A DNA stretch of 64,000 nucleotides from Anaerolineaceae bacterium (GCA_003569365.1 BGOS01000003.1:64315-128314); one strand, 5' to 3'. Positions 28,226-37,192 are shown, counted from the stretch's first letter. Notes: generated by a model not told the origin, from the sequence alone. Program-made: numbers and translations.

Positions 28226-28588
28226 ATGACAGCAATTCTCGCCGAGCAAAAGTGCGTTGCGTGCCGCGCAGACGCGCCGCGGGCAACCAGTGCCGAACAA
28301 GCGGCTCACATGCAGCAGCTGCCGGACTGGCAGGTGCTCGAGCGTGCAAGCGTGCCGCAGTTGGAGCGCATGTTTAAGTTTGCCAACTTTGCGCAGAGCC
28401 TGGAATTTACCAACCGCGTGGGCGCACTGGCGGAGGAGCACGGGCATCATCCTGCGCTGCTTACCGAGTGGGGCCGCGTGACGGTGACATGGTGGACGCA
28501 CAAGATCGGCGGGCTGCACAACAATGATTTTGTGATGGCCGCCAAGACGGACCTTCTGCATTCCGGTGCCGGGCAGCCACGCACCTAA
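28226..28588 (+). CDS. pterin-4-alpha-carbinolamine dehydratase (PCD/PhhB family)
   Basis: 120 aa. Contains [23 protein letters not shown], the PCD signature. Confidence 0.9.
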   Translation: MTAILAEQKCVACRADAPRATSAEQAAHMQQLPDWQVLERASVPQLERMFKFANFAQSLEFTNRVGALAEEHGHHPALLTEWGRVTVTWWTHKIGGLHNNDFVMAAKTDLLHSGAGQPRT

Positions 28589-28609
28589 ATATCTTCAACG
28601 GAGCAAGCA

Positions 28610-29527
28610 ATGACAGCACGCGTTTCTGAAATTCTGAGCTGGTATCGCAGCGACAACCCGGGCACGCAAACCAACCTGGCGCGCATGCTCAACCACGGGC
28701 GGCTGGGTGGCACCGGGCGCATGGTGATCCTGCCGGTGGACCAGGGCTTTGAGCACGGGCCGGCGCGCAGCTTTGCGCCAAACCCCGCCGGGTACGACCC
28801 GCACTTTCACTTTCAGCTGGCGATTGACGCGGGCTGCAATGCCTACGCTGCGCCACTGGGATTTTTGGAGGCGGGCGCTGCGGATTTTGCCGGGCAGATC
28901 CCGTTGATTCTGAAACTGAATAACCATGATGTGCTGCATTCCGAGACCGACCCGCTGGGGGCGCAGACCGGCAGCGTGGAAGACGCGCTGCGCCTGGGAT
29001 GCGTGGCCATTGGCTACACCATTTATCCCGGCACGGTGGAGCGGCGCATGCTTTACGAGCAGCTGCGCGAGCTTGTGCTGGAGGCGAAGGCGGTGGGCCT
29101 GGCGGTTGTGGTGTGGGCGTACCCGCGCGGCGGCGAGCTTTCCAAGGAAGGCGAGTCCGCGCTGGATGTATGCGCCTACGCTGCGCAGCTGGCTGCGCAG
29201 CTGGGTGCGCACATCATCAAAGTGAAGCTGCCTTCGGCGCACATTGAGCAAGCCGAGGCGATCAAGATTTACGAGAAGCATAAAATCCCCAAGGCTACGC
29301 TCACCGAGCGCGTGCAGCATGTGATGCAAGGCGCGTTCAACGGCCGGCGCATTGTGATCTTCTCGGGCGGCGCCAAGAGCGACGATGAGACGGTGCTGGC
29401 AGAGGCGCGTGCGATCCGTGATGGCGGCGGGTTTGGCTCCATCATCGGGCGCAATAGTTTTCAGCGTGCCAAGCCGGATGCGCTCAAGCTGCTGGCGGCC
29501 ATCATGGAAATTTATCGCAGCGGTTAG
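28610..29527 (+). CDS. class I fructose-bisphosphate aldolase family protein (DhnA/FbaB archaeal-type, DeoC/LacD superfamily)
   Basis: 305 aa. Has ILPVDQGFEHGP and the Schiff-base lysine context AHIIKVKLP. Confidence 0.8.
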   Translation: MTARVSEILSWYRSDNPGTQTNLARMLNHGRLGGTGRMVILPVDQGFEHGPARSFAPNPAGYDPHFHFQLAIDAGCNAYAAPLGFLEAGAADFAGQIPLILKLNNHDVLHSETDPLGAQTGSVEDALRLGCVAIGYTIYPGTVERRMLYEQLRELVLEAKAVGLAVVVWAYPRGGELSKEGESALDVCAYAAQLAAQLGAHIIKVKLPSAHIEQAEAIKIYEKHKIPKATLTERVQHVMQGAFNGRRIVIFSGGAKSDDETVLAEARAIRDGGGFGSIIGRNSFQRAKPDALKLLAAIMEIYRSG

Positions 29528-29566
29528 TGCTTGCGGCGGAGCCGATGCTATACTGTTTGGCACAAT

Positions 29567-30370
29567 ATGGTGGAAATTCCACATGATTACCACTTGCACT
29601 CCAATTTTTCCTGCGACTGCGAGGCGCCCATGGCGGAGATGTGCGCTGCGGCTGTGGCACGCGGAATTCCGGAGATCGGGTTTACCGAGCACTACGACCA
29701 GCATCCCGGCGACAGCTGCCGCAATTGGCTGCGGGTTCCAGAGTGGGCAGCCAGCCTCGAGAAGTGCCGCGCTGAGTTTGCCGGCCGGCTGATCATTCGC
29801 GCGGGCATTGAAATTGGCGAGCCCCACATTTTTACTAAAGAGGCGCAGGCAGTGCTGGCGCAGCATCCCTTTGATTATGTTTTGGGAAGCCTGCACTGGG
29901 TGGGCGGTGACTTTGTTTTTGACGATGAGTTCTACAAGCGCCCGGCGGCACAGGCGTTCGGTGCATTTTTTGGCGAGCTGGCGGTGATGACGCTTGCGGG
30001 CGGGTTTGATGTGTTGAGCCATTTTGATCTGCCGGCGCGCATGAGCCGGCCGTTTTATGGCGCCTATGATCCCGTGCCATTTGCGGAACCAATCCGCGCC
30101 GTGCTGGCTAACTGTGTGGCGCATGGCATTGCGCTTGACATCAATACGGCTGCGCTGCGGCGCGGTACACCCACGCTGACACCGGGCGAGACGATCCTGC
30201 GCTGGTACCGCGAGCTGGGCGGCGAGCGCATCACACTGGGCTCGGATTCACACCGGCCGGCTAATTTGGGTGCAAACCTTCAGGATGCACTTGCGGCGGC
30301 GCGCGCAGCGGGCTTCCGGTACGTAACGCAGTACCAGCAGCGCGTGGCGCACATGGTGCCGCTGCCCTAA
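29567..30370 (+). CDS. PHP-domain histidinol-phosphatase (HisJ) family protein
   Basis: Starts MVEIPHDYHLHSNFSCDC (PHP motif I). Later motifs include GFTEH, GSLHW and GSDSH. The tracked ORF begins at TTG 29531. Confidence 0.8.
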   Translation: MVEIPHDYHLHSNFSCDCEAPMAEMCAAAVARGIPEIGFTEHYDQHPGDSCRNWLRVPEWAASLEKCRAEFAGRLIIRAGIEIGEPHIFTKEAQAVLAQHPFDYVLGSLHWVGGDFVFDDEFYKRPAAQAFGAFFGELAVMTLAGGFDVLSHFDLPARMSRPFYGAYDPVPFAEPIRAVLANCVAHGIALDINTAALRRGTPTLTPGETILRWYRELGGERITLGSDSHRPANLGANLQDALAAARAAGFRYVTQYQQRVAHMVPLP

Positions 30371-30388
30371 CGCGATTGCGGGGGCGTG

Positions 30389-31369
30389 ATGAAGCAATCC
30401 CAGCCCGTTGGGCGCGCCCGCAAAACTTTCCAAATGAACCCCTACACTAAAAAGCTGGACATCAATCGTTGCAGTGAAGCGGAGCTGCTAGCGCTCGATG
30501 GCGTGGGTGCGGAGCTGGCTGCTGCGATCATTGCGCGCCGGCCCTATGGCTCGGTGCTGGGGGTGCGGTCAATTCCCGGGATGACTGCAAGAACGTACCA
30601 GGCATTGAAGGCTTGCTTGCATGTGGAGCACCGGCCGCCGGCTGAAAAGCTGAATTTGAATACGGCGAGCCTGCGCGAGCTGCTGCTTGTGCCGGAGATG
30701 ACGGCCGAGGCGGCCGAACGGATCTTGATGCTGCGTCCGTTTGCAGGCGTGCTGGACTTGAAGTGGGTGCCGGAAGTTTCCAGCGAACAGCTTGCAGTGT
30801 TTGTGGACTGGTTTGTGGCGGGCGATAGTGCGGGCAATCCCGGGGCGCCAGAGAGCGCTGCGGTGGGCGGCGCGGATGTTGCCGGGGATGGCGCCAATGA
30901 TGGCGAAGAGCGGGGCGATAGCGATCCGACTTTGGTGATTGACCGTGAGAAGGACGGTGGCGTGGGCGAAAGTGCGGATAGCGGCGATCCGGATGCTACT
31001 GCCACCGCCGGCAGCGATGTTGATGATTTTGCCGATGGTTCGGCTGATGCGGATGCGGACGAGGCTGAGAGCGACGCGGATGTTGCCGGTGAATTTGAGA
31101 CTGGTGTGGTGGATCTGCCGGCGGGCTTGTTGCCGTTGCCGGCCGTTGATTGGGCGGCGGGAACGGGCCTGGGGTTGGATGACGATGCCATAACGGTTGA
31201 TGTGCCGGGCGGACGTTCGGCGGCACCATCGGCTGACCGGTTGCCGGATGATATGGCGATTTTGAGCGGCCTGAGAATGCGATGCTCGGTTATCCTGCGC
31301 GGGGCGGCAATCCGGGAGCGGGCCAGCGCGTATTGCAATGGCTGGGCTCGCCGCAGGTGCGTGGGTTAG
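30389..31369 (+). CDS. tandem helix-hairpin-helix (ComEA-like) protein with long acidic low-complexity tail
   Basis: Two HhH units (EAELLALDGVGAELAAAII; LRELLLVPEMTAEAAERIL) are followed by about 150 aa rich in D/G/A/E. Confidence 0.65.
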   Translation: MKQSQPVGRARKTFQMNPYTKKLDINRCSEAELLALDGVGAELAAAIIARRPYGSVLGVRSIPGMTARTYQALKACLHVEHRPPAEKLNLNTASLRELLLVPEMTAEAAERILMLRPFAGVLDLKWVPEVSSEQLAVFVDWFVAGDSAGNPGAPESAAVGGADVAGDGANDGEERGDSDPTLVIDREKDGGVGESADSGDPDATATAGSDVDDFADGSADADADEAESDADVAGEFETGVVDLPAGLLPLPAVDWAAGTGLGLDDDAITVDVPGGRSAAPSADRLPDDMAILSGLRMRCSVILRGAAIRERASAYCNGWARRRCVG

Positions 31370-32325
31370 TGGTTAGCGCATTGGTAATCGGGGCGTTTGC
31401 CGGCGGGTTGTATTTTGTGTTTAGGCGGGAGGCGCCGGCTGTGGTTGTGGCAGTTGTTCCCACCGCCACAGCTATGCCGCCAACAGCGACAACCGTGCCA
31501 ACGCTGGTGCCAACTCCCACCGCTGAGCCAACAATTGAGCCGACACCCAGCGGGCGGACTTACCGGCTGCGTCTTTCACATTACTGGCCGGCACTGGGCG
31601 GTACCAACTGCCATGCAGCGGAGTGGGTGGATGGCGAATGCAAAACGCAGCTGGCTGGTAAACCGTGGCAACAGTGGGCGGGCATCGGGGCGGCCTGCCC
31701 CAAGGAAATCCCGACCGGCACCGAAATCAGTATTCCGGATCTGGGGCGCAGTTTTATCTGTGTGGACAAGGGCGGGGCGATTGAGGCAGTTCCAGACGGG
31801 TCCTTTTTTATTGACTTGATCCAAAAGGATAATTTGTACCTCCCGAACGCTGAAGTGATCAAGGACGAGTACTGTCCGCAGACTTGCTTTGTGGTGGATG
31901 GGTTGGTGATACCGAAGGCAAACACTGGCATACCGGGGAGTACCGCTGCCGTTGCCAAGGCGGATTGGTTTACGGTGCGCTTGGGGAATTGGTGGGAGGA
32001 CGAGTGGGGCGCGGGCTGCAAGCCGGGCAAGCCGCTGCTGGGCTGCAATTACAAGATAAACGGGCAGCCGGTGCAGAGCTGGATCGGGGTTGCCGCAAAG
32101 TGCCCGTCAGATTTTGAGCTGGGCTCGATGGTTTATGTGGCGGTGCTGGAGGCGCAGGTAACTTGCCTGGTGGTGGGCGAGAAGCGCGCTTTGGACGGCT
32201 CAGGTTTTATGATCATGCTGCAGCCGGATCCATTGTTTTTGCCGGCGGCGCAGACAGTGCGCGATGGAGACTGCCCGAGCAGCTGCTTTGTGAGCCAGGC
32301 AAAGAAGCTGGTGCCGAACCCCTAG
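31357..32325 (+). CDS. membrane-anchored protein with two tandem 3D-domain-like (MltA/RlpA DPBB-type) repeats; start uncertain (31282, 31357 or 31369)
   Basis: A TM anchor (LVVSALVIGAFAGGLYFVF) and a Pro/Thr linker precede repeat 1, whose GIGAACPKEIPTGTEISIPDLGRSFICVDKGGAI...FIDL resembles the 3D domain. A degenerate second copy follows. Confidence 0.5.
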   Translation: MRGLVVSALVIGAFAGGLYFVFRREAPAVVVAVVPTATAMPPTATTVPTLVPTPTAEPTIEPTPSGRTYRLRLSHYWPALGGTNCHAAEWVDGECKTQLAGKPWQQWAGIGAACPKEIPTGTEISIPDLGRSFICVDKGGAIEAVPDGSFFIDLIQKDNLYLPNAEVIKDEYCPQTCFVVDGLVIPKANTGIPGSTAAVAKADWFTVRLGNWWEDEWGAGCKPGKPLLGCNYKINGQPVQSWIGVAAKCPSDFELGSMVYVAVLEAQVTCLVVGEKRALDGSGFMIMLQPDPLFLPAAQTVRDGDCPSSCFVSQAKKLVPNP

Positions 32326-32401
32326 GTGTGGCTGGCGCCAATTGCAGTGTGCGCCGCATCACTTTTGCCTGCGTGCGCGGCGGACAGTACCGTAAGCGCA
32401 A

Positions 32402-32474
32402 AGCCACCTTCGGGAGTCGAACCCGAAACCTATCACTTACGAAGCGATTGCTCTGCCAATTGAGCTAAGGTGGC
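32402..32474 (-). tRNA. tRNA-Thr (anticodon CGU)
   Basis: Folded by hand: acceptor GCCACCT/AGGTGGC, D arm GCTC-AATTGGCA-GAGC, anticodon arm ATCGC-TTCGTAA-GTGAT, T arm TCGGG-TTCGACT-CCCGA. 73 nt; CCA not encoded. Confidence 0.9.
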
Positions 32475-32573
32475 GAAGAGCGCATTATACACAGGGGCTG
32501 TGCAAGCGGAGTTGGCAGGGGCTCAAATCTGCCACTCAAGAGCATGCACCGTCCAGCGTTAGCGCGGTGATTA

Positions 32574-32723
32574 TTAAGGGCGGGCTTTTTGTGCCGTCGC
32601 AGTAAAGGTAATTGGCAAATGCGTTGGGCCTGTATTGCCACTGTCGGGCAAGTATGCAGCTTCGGGGCTCACGCGCATTTCGGGCAGGCGCGCGGCCACG
32701 GTAACAACAGCACCCTCGTCATC
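32574..32723 (-). pseudogene. orphan 3'-terminal fragment of a cytochrome P450 gene
   Basis: Minus-strand reading between TAG (32726..32724) and TAA (32576..32574) gives DDEGAVVTVAARLPEMRVSPEAAYLPDSGNTGPTHLPITFTATAQKARP. The central 28 residues equal the C-terminus of the P450 at 35202..36414. Confidence 0.6.
32614..32698. repeat. 85-bp direct repeat, copy 1 (83/85 identical to 35251..35335)
   Basis: Aligned by eye: GGCAAATG[C/A]GTTGGGCCTGTATTGCC[A/G]CTGTCGGGCAAGTATGCAGCTTCGGGGCTCACGCGCATTTCGGGCAGGCGCGCGGCCA. Also visible as the shared peptide in tracked ORFs 32589..32792 and 35256..35459. Confidence 0.9.
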
Positions 32724-32753
32724 CTAGGTTGTGCGCTCGTGAGTGGTGCAAGT

Positions 32754-34733
32754 TCACGGAATTCCATAGAGCGCATATTCCCGCGTTTTTGAAAGAAGCG
32801 GCAGTTGTATCTTCCAATCCGGGTAAGTGATCACACCTGTAAATCTGAATTCCAGCGCAAGTTGTTGCCATTGTTTGGCAGTTCTATCTTCCCAGGCAAT
32901 TTTTCCGGCATCCGGCAGGAGTCCACCTGACCTTGCGTTTTGCACTTCTGTTGATGGGTTAAGAATGTCAGTATCATATACTGTTAATAAAATTTGGTTT
33001 AGATTTTTTGCGACTGATGCCCTGTAGGGGAACACATCGAGTCGTCCTCCGTCGATAAGTACCGCTTGCCTTGTTCTTAGTTGTACATAGTGGAGGTCGG
33101 AGGAGGTGACTAGGAGAGTGGGAATTTGAGTGGCGGCAAGTTCTGCGTCTAAGACCCAGGGATGAATTTTGGAAAGATTTTGGTCCTTCCATCCTCCAGC
33201 TATATTAATTGTTAACGCTATTGCCGTGAGACAAAACATGGCTATGTAGTCCGCTTGCGGCCATTTTCGAAATAGGTTTACGGTCAACTTCCAGACTTTC
33301 GTCGTTATACGGCTGCCAGTTTTCCAGTAGAAGCTGAGGATTGTGGCGGCTGAAAGTAGGTATAGGATTGATGCAGTTCGTAGTCTGCCTATTGAGTAGT
33401 AGCTGGAAAGTGCAAGCGTGAATTTCTTTCCGATCAGAATTACGGTTCCGAAAAGCAGCAGCGACAGGGCGGTGTTTCTAGCAAGTACTTTAGTGGGTAT
33501 GGAGTTGGGGTTACTTTCGATAACTAGAAAAATTATTCCGGCACCTAACGACGCAATCGTGGCCGGAACGGTCAAGTTAGGTGCTAGGAAGTAAAGCATG
33601 CAGAGCGTAAGTAGCAGCCATAGCCGGGAAGCAATGCTAGCGGAACTGCGCGCAAGCAGCCCCACACACAGAATGGGCAATAACAAGATCGAAAGGTTCA
33701 TCCACCGCATGGGCATCAGAATGAGAATGCTTATGGGCAGGATTTCCGGGGGCAGCCAAGATAACGCAATTCCTATAATCCCGCACGCAGAGGCTATAAA
33801 ACTCAGCCAGAGTAGGTTATTTATGGGCACTGCTTGTGATGCTTTGCAGCTCTTTAATAGATAGATCGTGGCGAGTAGATTTGCAACCAAATAGGTTGTC
33901 CCCACTGTCAATAGTGGGACCGCTCGTCTATGTGCATCCCAATTCTTGATGAACGCGAGAATGTATTCAGTGCCAGATGCCGCATTTGGCACAATCGCTG
34001 CAGCTGAAACTTGTTGTTGTACCAGGTAACTGGCTGTAGCTAATGCGGTACCGATAATGAACCAACGGTAAATTGTCTTCTGCGGAAATCCAATTTCGCG
34101 CAGTTTGGTGAGGCAATAACCGGAAATTATTATCCAACCCAGAACGCCATAAGAACTATGGATCGAAGGCAGGATTCCTAACAGAAATGCGCCCCATGCG
34201 TTTTTGCGCAGGCTTAGAAACGCGATAGAAAGTAGTAGGCACGAAAGACCGATAATGCCGTGTGTGTGCGGGTAACCTAGGAGCCAGATGGGATATACAG
34301 CGCCAAAATCTGCCGCCCGAGTTGCGTAGATAAATACAGGTGTTATGAGAGACATCCATATGTTTTCTGTGCATGCCAGCGCGCAAAGACTAATTGCCTG
34401 AAACGAGACCATCCCCAAAAGTCCACTGACGAATATGGAGACCAAGACTTCGGACAGCCCAAGACGCAGAAGGATTGCGCAGAATTGTACTAGTATTGAC
34501 CATATATTTGCTTCTATAAGAGCATAGTTACTGTGCGGAGTTGGATGTATGACTGCGCCTACGATTTGCGCATACTCGACTGCTTCCTGCCAAGTGGGAT
34601 AAATTAGCGCAGCCAAACAAAATCCAATTAGGCCACTTATTGCCAGGGACATGTATATAGTTCTATTCGTGAGATTATGAACGAGAGACGGATCTTGTTT
34701 ATTGAATATATTTTGGTTACTGGAGCTGTTCAT
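32754..34733 (-). CDS. large polytopic integral membrane protein of unknown function (GT-C-like architecture: many TM helices plus C-terminal soluble domain)
   Basis: 659-aa ORF in a clearly AT-richer segment. At least 12 hydrophobic segments are followed by an approximately 150-aa hydrophilic C-terminus. No motif I can name. Confidence 0.65.
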   Translation of the reverse strand: MNSSSNQNIFNKQDPSLVHNLTNRTIYMSLAISGLIGFCLAALIYPTWQEAVEYAQIVGAVIHPTPHSNYALIEANIWSILVQFCAILLRLGLSEVLVSIFVSGLLGMVSFQAISLCALACTENIWMSLITPVFIYATRAADFGAVYPIWLLGYPHTHGIIGLSCLLLSIAFLSLRKNAWGAFLLGILPSIHSSYGVLGWIIISGYCLTKLREIGFPQKTIYRWFIIGTALATASYLVQQQVSAAAIVPNAASGTEYILAFIKNWDAHRRAVPLLTVGTTYLVANLLATIYLLKSCKASQAVPINNLLWLSFIASACGIIGIALSWLPPEILPISILILMPMRWMNLSILLLPILCVGLLARSSASIASRLWLLLTLCMLYFLAPNLTVPATIASLGAGIIFLVIESNPNSIPTKVLARNTALSLLLFGTVILIGKKFTLALSSYYSIGRLRTASILYLLSAATILSFYWKTGSRITTKVWKLTVNLFRKWPQADYIAMFCLTAIALTINIAGGWKDQNLSKIHPWVLDAELAATQIPTLLVTSSDLHYVQLRTRQAVLIDGGRLDVFPYRASVAKNLNQILLTVYDTDILNPSTEVQNARSGGLLPDAGKIAWEDRTAKQWQQLALEFRFTGVITYPDWKIQLPLLSKTREYALYGIP

Positions 34734-35201
34734 GGGTTGAGGTCACTAAAAGTGGAGCGCGGAGTATATTTCCCGGAGTTTATTTAGGTGGCAGTGACTG
34801 TTGTGAGATTGCCTTCGCAGCGTGGTTTTAAACACTTGTGGATCTCGCGTCAAAAGCTATGGTAATGTTTATGATTGAACGAGTCAATTGTTGGCGCTTT
34901 TTGGTCGCTGCTAATCCGGTAGGCTCCAGGAGTACACGTGTCTTTTTCACCCACTACTTTCGTGGTATGCGCGGCGGACGATTGGAGCATTCGGGTGCGC
35001 GCGTCTTGGGTAGGCTGAATATTCTCGGCTGAGAGGATGCTTTGTTGCCGGGGTTTATGAAGAACCTTGTTTCGTTTGCGGGTACCAGGTCTTTGCGTTA
35101 CCTGAACTTGCAACGCCAGCCGCGGATACAGTGAGCGAACGAGTGGTGGATGGGTGCCATGGGTGTAGAGCCATAAACTGGACGCTGTTTAAGTGTCGAG
35201 G

Positions 35202-36414
35202 TTACTTGGTCGGTATCTGGCTCCGGGATTTCGACGGCTTAAACGATAGTGGCAAATGAGTTGGGCCTGTATTGCCGCTGTCGGGCAAGTATGCAGCTTC
35301 GGGGCTCACGCGCATTTCGGGCAGGCGCGCGGCCAGAGCTTTGAAGGCTTCCGTCATATCCAGGCGTGCCACCAAGTGGCCGATACAGTGATGCATGCCG
35401 CCGCCGAAACCAAAATGAGGCGGTCGTTCTTTCTCAATATCAAATTCAGCCGCTTCTAATTTGCGCGGATCGCTGCCGGCTGGAATGGTGAGCAGGTGCA
35501 CGGTGGTTCCCTTTTCAATTGTGAGCTCGCGGTACTGCATATCCTCTGATGCCTCACGCGACACCCAGGTGATGGTTGGGTTGACGCGCATTACCTCCTC
35601 CACTGCCTGGCGAGCCAGCGCCGGGTTGGCGCCGAGCTTTTGCCATTGGCCTGGGTGGTCCGCAAAGGTTTGCATGCCCAATCCAATTTGATTGCGCGTT
35701 GTGTCAAATCCGGCGAAGACTACAATCGACACAAGTGAGAGCAGCTCGGCTTCTGTAATCGGTGCCATCGAGGCTGGCTCTTACCAGCGTGCCAACAAAG
35801 TCATCCGCATGTGTGCCGCGCCTCGCATCAATCAGCGCTTTTGAGATGTCGAGAATGCCCTGCAGTCCATGCTCGATGGCCGCTAACTTGTCTTTTATCG
35901 TCACAGAGAAGACATAGCCCAGCTCGGTCGCCAGGTCGGCAAGCAGGCGCCAATTGTGCTTTGGTATTCCCAGCAGCCCGGTAATCACGCGCGCTGAAAA
36001 TGGCTCCGCAAATTCGCGCATGAACTCGCAACTGCCGCGTTCGCAGAAGCCGTCAATCAGCTCGTTGGCAAGCTCGGCGAAATATCCCGTCAGCGGTTCG
36101 ATGACGCGCGAGGAGAAAGCCGGGTTGGCTAATTTGCGCAGGCGCAGATGATCCTGGCCTTCAACGCTTAGCAACATTGTCTGCCACCAGTCAGCCAGCA
36201 AGCCGCTGGTAATGCCGTAATGTGCCGGCCAGCGCCGCGTGCCTTGGTAAAGACGCCGGTCTTTCAACAACGCATTTACATCCGCATATCTGAGGACGGC
36301 GATGCTAAAGGGGGTTTTAGCGTACCAGTGGTTTTCGCGGGCCTGCATGACTGCGGCCGAGCGGATTGAAAATCCGGCCTGATTGAAATCTAGAAAAGCG
36401 AGGTCTGGAGACAT
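35202..36414 (-). pseudogene. cytochrome P450, split by a 1-nt frameshift near 35768-35781 (pseudogene or sequence error)
   Basis: The N-terminal ORF 35704..36414 and C-terminal ORF 35202..35768 overlap in different frames. The I-helix (FAGFDTTRNQ), EXXR (EEVMRV) and heme loop (FGFGGGMHHCIGHLVA) are all in the C-terminal piece. Confidence 0.85.
35251..35335. repeat. 85-bp direct repeat, copy 2 (inside the 3' end of the P450 gene)
   Basis: See copy 1. The two copies are 2637 bp apart. Confidence 0.9.
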
Positions 36415-36678
36415 GCGTTGGTTTTCTTTTTTAGTGGGTTATGCGGATGCGAAACCGCGATGGGTAGTTACGTTGGACGGTGGATAGAAATTCACGCCGT
36501 GTGCGGCCGCAGGTTCGGTTTGTTAATTTACCGTTGGTCAAAAGGCACGCGGTGAAGTTTGTGTAGCGTGAATTCCGGCAAACGGGAGAGCTCATTGAAT
36601 GTCAGCTGGCCCGGTGTGGGCAAACCGGATGCGCAATATTATAATTGGGGGTTGGTAAATTAGATTGGGAAGTGAATT

Positions 36679-36939
36679 ATGAGCAACGCAGCAGAAATCA
36701 CAATGTATGGGCATGATCGGTGCTCAGATTGCCTCCGGTCCGAGCGCCTTCTGAAGGCACTGAATGTTACGTACACCAAAGTGGATGTGCATGCAGACCT
36801 GGCGGCTGCAGATAAAGTAATTGAAATCAGTGGTGGCAATCTGTCAGTGCCGCTGATTTGCTTTCCTGATGGGACGCACCTAACGGAGCCGTCTGACCCG
36901 GTTCTGAAAGCCAAACTGGTTTCCCTGCATATTATTTAG
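36679..36939 (+). CDS. glutaredoxin-fold protein, mycoredoxin (Mrx1)/NrdH-like
   Basis: 86 aa. Has the CxxC motif CSDC in ITMYGHDRCSDCLR. The C-terminal part GGNLSVPLICFPDGTHLTEPSDPVLKAKLV is colinear with actinobacterial mycoredoxin-1 as I recall it. Confidence 0.75.
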   Translation: MSNAAEITMYGHDRCSDCLRSERLLKALNVTYTKVDVHADLAAADKVIEISGGNLSVPLICFPDGTHLTEPSDPVLKAKLVSLHII

Positions 36940-37157
36940 CGTCTGCCCAACGGTCCGGCCCCGGCGTTTTGCGTTACGCCAAATACAGAGTGTGGGTGCG
37001 GCTGCCAGTATCAGCATAGCGCGCCGCTGCGGTTGCCCGCTGGAGCTGCACTCCTCTTTTGCTAAGTGTGTCCCGCATTTTTGGATTTTTTCGATCATCT
37101 GGCTTGCGCCTGGGTAGCGACAATTCGCAGTTGCATCTGCGCCCAGCCATCCGTATG

Positions 37158-37186
37158 TAGGCAGCTGCCCCTAACCTGTGGATAAT
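37158..37186 (+). promoter_or_regulatory. possible promoter giving a leaderless transcript of the GT4 gene
   Basis: TAGGCA-17 nt-GATAAT ends 6 nt before the ATG at 37193, and there is no Shine-Dalgarno sequence upstream. Confidence 0.3.
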
Positions 37187-37192
37187 TGAACC

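Noticed and set aside
30850-31200. Repetitive GAT/GGC/GCG-rich DNA that looked like a tandem repeat array.
   Set aside because: It is an imperfect codon-level low-complexity region encoding the acidic D/G/A tail of the HhH protein. There is no unit periodicity or spacer structure, so it is not CRISPR-like.
32163-32468. 101-aa plus-strand ORF spanning the end of the 3D-domain gene and the tRNA.
   Set aside because: It overlaps a well-folding tRNA and a better-supported CDS, and its composition is non-coding.
32402-32474. tRNA-Thr as the integration site of the low-GC segment.
   Set aside because: The segment lies on the 5' side of the tRNA and is separated from it by the P450 fragment. The repeats are P450 sequence, not tRNA sequence, and no integrase is present.
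32589-32792. Two small plus-strand ORFs (32589..32792 and 35256..35459) sharing the peptide WACIA.VGQVCSFGAHAHFGQARG, which looked like a duplicated small gene.
   Set aside because: They are simply the antisense reading of the 85-bp P450 3'-end repeat. The minus strand gives bona fide P450 C-terminal sequence.
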